Positions 60,150 through 64,000 of a stretch of DNA of 64,000 bases are shown one piece after another. The notes beneath the pieces are model-generated. The model ran no database searches. It had not been told where the DNA came from and was given only the letters and a program-made list of their open reading frames with translations. Location of the stretch: assembly GCA_047456305.1 (NCBI GenBank), contig CP179888.1, positions 189,307 through 253,306 of the forward strand. The letters are read 5' to 3'. The number at the start of each line of letters is the position of its first letter. Positions within the stretch are counted from its first letter, which is position 1. The DNA is from Candidatus Nealsonbacteria bacterium (GTDB taxonomy: Bacteria; Patescibacteriota; Minisyncoccia; Minisyncoccales; CAZKCU01). The translations under genes and the position numbers were made by a program.

Positions 60150-60223
60150 CATTTCAGTATTTTTAAAAAGATTTAATCAATTTGAAGGTGGGAAATTAAA
60201 ATGAGACCAACCAAAACAGAAAT

Positions 60224-60868
60224 ATGAATTTTTCTAAAGACCCACAAGTTAATTGGAAATATGTTCTGATTATTGTTGTTCTGGCCGCCATTGTTGGTGG
60301 AGGAATTTGGATTTATTTTGGAGATGTTGTGAAAAATATAATTTCTCTTTCTCAATTTCCTGAAATAAAGAAACCAGAAGAAATAACCCAAGACGAAACC
60401 ACCGATTGGAAGACTTACCGCAGTGAGCAGTATAAGGTTGAATTTAAGTATCCGCCCGATTTTATATTTGATGAGAATTGTCCCGGAGGTCTCGATAATC
60501 CCGCTGTAATTAAAAGTGAATTTGTAGGATGTGATATAGGATGTAAACCACATGGAATCAGTTTCATTTTTAAAATGGGGCCTTATGCCAATATCTATGA
60601 AGCTATTAATTCGATCCCTGTGTCGGTTAGTGGTGATATAGGTCCAGTTGAATCTCTTATTTTTAATTCCAATAAATTTACCAGAGTTCAGATGATAGAA
60701 TATTACGGACCGGGCGATATTTTCTATCTGATTCAGTACCCGAAAAGCAATTTATTTCTTAGTATTGTGGTTATTCCTACGCCAAGGACAAATCCTGAAA
60801 CAATGACAATTATTGATTATGAGCAAATAACCCGCCAAATTCTCTCCACCTTCAGATTTATTGAATGA
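60224..60868 (+). CDS. membrane-anchored secreted protein of unknown function (paralog of 56007-56630)
   Basis: 214 aa. TM helix (YVLIIVVLAAIVGGGIWIYF), 'ETTDWKTYRSEQYKVEFKYPPDF' and C-terminal 'ILSTFRFIE'. Preferred over the overlapping antisense ORF at 60173-60553. Confidence 0.55.
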   Translation: MNFSKDPQVNWKYVLIIVVLAAIVGGGIWIYFGDVVKNIISLSQFPEIKKPEEITQDETTDWKTYRSEQYKVEFKYPPDFIFDENCPGGLDNPAVIKSEFVGCDIGCKPHGISFIFKMGPYANIYEAINSIPVSVSGDIGPVESLIFNSNKFTRVQMIEYYGPGDIFYLIQYPKSNLFLSIVVIPTPRTNPETMTIIDYEQITRQILSTFRFIE

Positions 60869-61092
60869 CAGCTAATCTATCTCATTTTTTTATGGTGAGA
60901 CAGGACGGAGTTGGATAATTTTTGCTTTTGGGTTAATACTAATATGAGATTGATTCGAACTATTTTCAATATAGGGCACCAAATTTAGTTTTTAGTTGTT
61001 AGTTGTTAAAAGGCGATGTCAGAAGGTGATTTTGCCTTTTTGTTTTTTTGTTTATTTTTTGATTTGAGGTATAATTAGAAATAGAAAAAATT

Positions 61093-61359
61093 ATGTTAAC
61101 TTCTAAAGAAAAAGAAGAATTAATCAAAAAATATAAACTTCATGAAACAGACAGCGGTTCTCCCGAAGTTCAGATTGCCTTACTTTCAGAAGAAATTAAA
61201 AGATTACTTTTACATTTAAAAAAGCATCCTAAAGATTTTCATTCAAAAAGAGGTTTGTTAAAAATGGTCAGCCAAAGAAGAAAGTTTTTAAATTATTTAA
61301 AAGAAAAAGATAAAAAGAGGTATAACAGTATTGTCAAAAAAATAGGACTTAAAAAATAA
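61093..61359 (+). CDS. rpsO: 30S ribosomal protein S15
   Basis: 88 aa. '[53 protein letters not shown]'. Confidence 0.95.
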   Translation: MLTSKEKEELIKKYKLHETDSGSPEVQIALLSEEIKRLLLHLKKHPKDFHSKRGLLKMVSQRRKFLNYLKEKDKKRYNSIVKKIGLKK

Positions 61360-61360
61360 T

Positions 61361-61864
61361 ATGGTAATTAAACATATTGGTCAAAGAGTAGGAGTTCTAA
61401 TTGATGTTCAGAACCTCTATCATTCTGCCAAAAATCTCTATAAAGCCAGAGTTAATTTTCGGGAAATTTTAAAATCAGCTGTTAGCCAGAGGAGTTTAAT
61501 TCGGGCCTTTGCTTATGTTGTCAGAACAAAAACCGGAGAGGAAAAACCTTTTTTCGAAGCTTTAACCAAATTAGGAATTGAGACCAGGGTCAGAGATTTA
61601 CAAGAGTTTTACGGCGGTTTAAAAAAAGCTGATTGGGATGTTGGAATTACTGTTGACGCTATAAGAATCGCTCCCAGTGTTGATACCATTGTTTTGGCCT
61701 CAGGGGATGGCGATTTCATTCAGTTAGTTGAGTATTTGAAAAATCGGGGGAAAAGAGTAGAAATTATTGCTTTTGGCAGATCGGCTTCAGCTCGCCTAAA
61801 AGAAATAGCTGATGAATTTATTGATTTAGAAAAAAATCCAGAAAAATATTTACTTAAAAAATGA
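61361..61864 (+). CDS. NYN-domain (LabA/DUF88-like) protein
   Basis: 167 aa. 'RVGVLIDVQNLYHSA', 'DWDVGITVDA', 'IVLASGDGDFIQLVEYLKNRGKRVEIIAF'. Confidence 0.75.
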   Translation: MVIKHIGQRVGVLIDVQNLYHSAKNLYKARVNFREILKSAVSQRSLIRAFAYVVRTKTGEEKPFFEALTKLGIETRVRDLQEFYGGLKKADWDVGITVDAIRIAPSVDTIVLASGDGDFIQLVEYLKNRGKRVEIIAFGRSASARLKEIADEFIDLEKNPEKYLLKK

Positions 61865-63993
61865 TGGAGAATAAATTTAAATTAAAACTTGATAACCGGG
61901 AATTAACTGTCGAAATCAAAAATCTGGCTGAACAAGCTAATGGCAATATTTTGGTCAGCTATGGTGATACTTTAGTCTTAACCACCGCTGTAATGTCAGA
62001 ATCTAAAAAGGAAGGGGTCAATTTTTTCCCCTTGACTGTTGATTACGAAGAAAGATATTATGCTGCTGGCAAAATTCGCGGTGCCAGGTACATTAAAAGA
62101 GAAGGTCGGCCTTCAGACGAAGCCATTTGTGCAGCCAGGCTAATTGACCGAACCATCCGACCAAGATTCCCAGAAAATCTGGCTCGAGAAGTTCAGGTAG
62201 TTAACACTGTCCTTTCCTGGGATGCTGAGAACGACCCTGATGTTATTGGACTAATCGCTACCTCCCTATCTCTTTCAATTTCTGATATCCCCTGGTCAGG
62301 ACCTCTAGCAGCAGTTAGAGTTGGTAGAAAAGAGGGTCAATTTATTCTCAATCCAACCTATGAAGATAGAGAAAAAAGTGAGATAGACCTTATTTTTGCT
62401 GCCGGTTTTGATAGTAATGGTAAATTTTTAGTTAATATGATTGAAGGGAATTTTGAGGAAGTAGAGGAAAATTTAATTTCAGAAGCTTTAGAATTTTCTG
62501 AAAAGTATTTAAAAAAGATTTATGATTTTCAAAAAGAGATTATAAAAAAAGTTGGGGAAGAGAAAGTCCTTATTGAAGCTCCCTCGCAGGACCTGGAATT
62601 AGAGAAAGAAATTAGGAAATTTTTGGGCAAAAATTTAGAAAAAGCGCTATATCAAAGTGAAAAAACTGAACGGATGGGGAAAGTAAATAAATTAAAAGAA
62701 GAGCTTTGCAATTTTATAGAAGAAAAATATCCAGGAATGGGAAAAGTAAAATATGCCCAGGATTTTTTTGAAAAAGAAATTTCCAGATTAATCCATGAAA
62801 ATATTATTTTATATGAGAAAAGGCCAGATGGCAGAAAATTAGATGAAATAAGAGAAATTCATCTTGAAGCTGGGCTTTTACCAAGAACTCATGGTTCCGG
62901 CCTTTTCTGCCGAGGCCAAACAAAGTCCCTGTCTATCTTAACTTTGGGAGCGCCAGGGGATCAACAATTATTGGAAGGAATGGAAATTGTTGGCAAAAAG
63001 CGTTTTATGCATCATTATAATTTTCCTCCTTATTCGGTTGGAGAAATTAGGCCAATGCGAGGCCCGGGAAGAAGAGATATTGGTCACGGAATGTTAGTAG
63101 AACGAGCCCTTTTACCCCTAATTCCCGGTTTTGAGGAATTTCCCTATACAATGAGGGTAGTTTCGGAAATTCTTTCTTCTAATGGTTCAACTTCTATGGC
63201 TTCGGTCTCTAGCTCTTCTCTGGCTCTAATGGATGCTGGAGTACCAATAAAAGCTGCAGCAGCTGGAATCGCCTTAGGCCTAATGATGGAAGAGGGTCCC
63301 GCCTCCGCTAAAGCTTCGGCAGGTAAAAATTACAAAATCTTAACTGACATTCAGGGACCAGAAGATGGCCATGGAGACATGGATTTTAAAGTAGCAGGGA
63401 CAAAAAAAGGAGTAACTGCTATCCAGATGGATGTAAAAATTGCCGGCATTACCCCAGAGATTTTAAAAGAAGTTTTGTCTCAAGGAAGAAAAATCAGACT
63501 TCAAATTTTGAATAAAATCCAGGAAGTGCTGCCAAAACCCAAGGCCCAACTTTCTCCTTTCGCTCCCAGAATTCTTACCTTGCAAATTAATCCAGAAAAA
63601 ATCAGAGAGGTAATAGGCCCTGGTGGAAAAATAATTAATGAAATTACGAAAGAAACTGGAGTTGCCATAGATATTCAGCCCTCAGGTCTTATTTTTATTA
63701 CCTCAGAAAAAGAAGAGGCAGCAAAAAAGGCCCTTTCCTGGATAAAAAATATTACCAGAGAAATTAAGGTCGGAGAAATTTTTCAGGGTAAGGTAAAAAG
63801 GATTCTGGATTTTGGAGCTTTTGTCGAAATTCTGCCGGGTCAGGAAGGTCTAATTCACATTTCTCAACTAGCACCTCATCGAGTAAAAAGAGTTGAAGAT
63901 GTAGTTAAAATTGGCGATGTTTTGTCGGTAAAGGTAATCTCAATTGATGAACAAGGAAGAATAAATTTATCATTAAAAGAAGCTAAGAAATAA
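61861..63993 (+). CDS. pnp: polyribonucleotide nucleotidyltransferase (PNPase)
   Basis: 710 aa. Two RNase PH domains ('RPDGRKLDEIREI', 'GHGDMDFKVAGT'), KH ('IREVIGPGGKIINEITKETG') and S1 ('VGEIFQGKVKRILDFGAFVEILPGQEGLIHISQL'). rpsO...pnp synteny. GC-rich in-frame insert at 63295-63324. Confidence 0.95.
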   Translation: MMENKFKLKLDNRELTVEIKNLAEQANGNILVSYGDTLVLTTAVMSESKKEGVNFFPLTVDYEERYYAAGKIRGARYIKREGRPSDEAICAARLIDRTIRPRFPENLAREVQVVNTVLSWDAENDPDVIGLIATSLSLSISDIPWSGPLAAVRVGRKEGQFILNPTYEDREKSEIDLIFAAGFDSNGKFLVNMIEGNFEEVEENLISEALEFSEKYLKKIYDFQKEIIKKVGEEKVLIEAPSQDLELEKEIRKFLGKNLEKALYQSEKTERMGKVNKLKEELCNFIEEKYPGMGKVKYAQDFFEKEISRLIHENIILYEKRPDGRKLDEIREIHLEAGLLPRTHGSGLFCRGQTKSLSILTLGAPGDQQLLEGMEIVGKKRFMHHYNFPPYSVGEIRPMRGPGRRDIGHGMLVERALLPLIPGFEEFPYTMRVVSEILSSNGSTSMASVSSSSLALMDAGVPIKAAAAGIALGLMMEEGPASAKASAGKNYKILTDIQGPEDGHGDMDFKVAGTKKGVTAIQMDVKIAGITPEILKEVLSQGRKIRLQILNKIQEVLPKPKAQLSPFAPRILTLQINPEKIREVIGPGGKIINEITKETGVAIDIQPSGLIFITSEKEEAAKKALSWIKNITREIKVGEIFQGKVKRILDFGAFVEILPGQEGLIHISQLAPHRVKRVEDVVKIGDVLSVKVISIDEQGRINLSLKEAKK

Positions 63994-64000
63994 CTATGAA

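Noticed and set aside
60173-60553. 126-aa minus-strand ORF overlapping 60224-60868
   Set aside because: The plus-strand ORF has a clear paralog (56007-56630) and a signal anchor. The minus-strand translation is low-complexity.
1-64000. Alternative genetic code (UGA as Gly, as in Gracilibacteria/SR1)
   Set aside because: Long housekeeping ORFs are intact under the standard code, and several end in TGA at the expected length (for example the S1 gene at 19527-19529 and the rluA-like gene at 23609-23611). The single in-frame TAG in the GIY-YIG gene is better explained as a nonsense mutation.

Overview
The window is AT-rich and very gene-dense. Gene content and architecture look like a small-genome Patescibacteria/CPR-type bacterium using the standard code, since TGA works as a stop. 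It holds housekeeping genes (recG, tsaD, valS, gyrA, an S1-like protein, ftsH, rplS, infB, rbfA, rny, clpP, tig, an H+-PPase, nusA, cca, rpsO, pnp) and 24 tRNA genes plus one tRNA 5'-half relic. There is a complete type IV pilus locus at 31.3-40.8 kb (pilB, pilC, four pilin-like genes, pilM/N/O) next to a two-component pair, a second pilM/pilN pair at the left edge, and three VirB2/TrbC-like small pilin genes. The most unusual features are listed here. (1) ftsH carries a 435-aa LAGLIDADG intein in its Walker A loop. (2) Three free-standing homing-endonuclease-like ORFs are wedged against tRNA genes. (3) A 1106-aa secreted, cysteine-rich protein contains six 141-bp tandem repeats and sits in an accessory islet. 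The islet also holds a GIY-YIG gene with an in-frame TAG, bracketed by inverted repeats, and small membrane-protein cassettes with repeated promoters and terminators. (4) Several families of GC-rich, hairpin-forming dispersed repeats and locus-specific heptamer tandem repeats occur in intergenic spacers and also in frame inside essential genes. One 56-nt element occurs in IF-2 and in a pilin leader in different reading frames. All calls come from reading the ORF translations and the DNA by eye. No database search was run.
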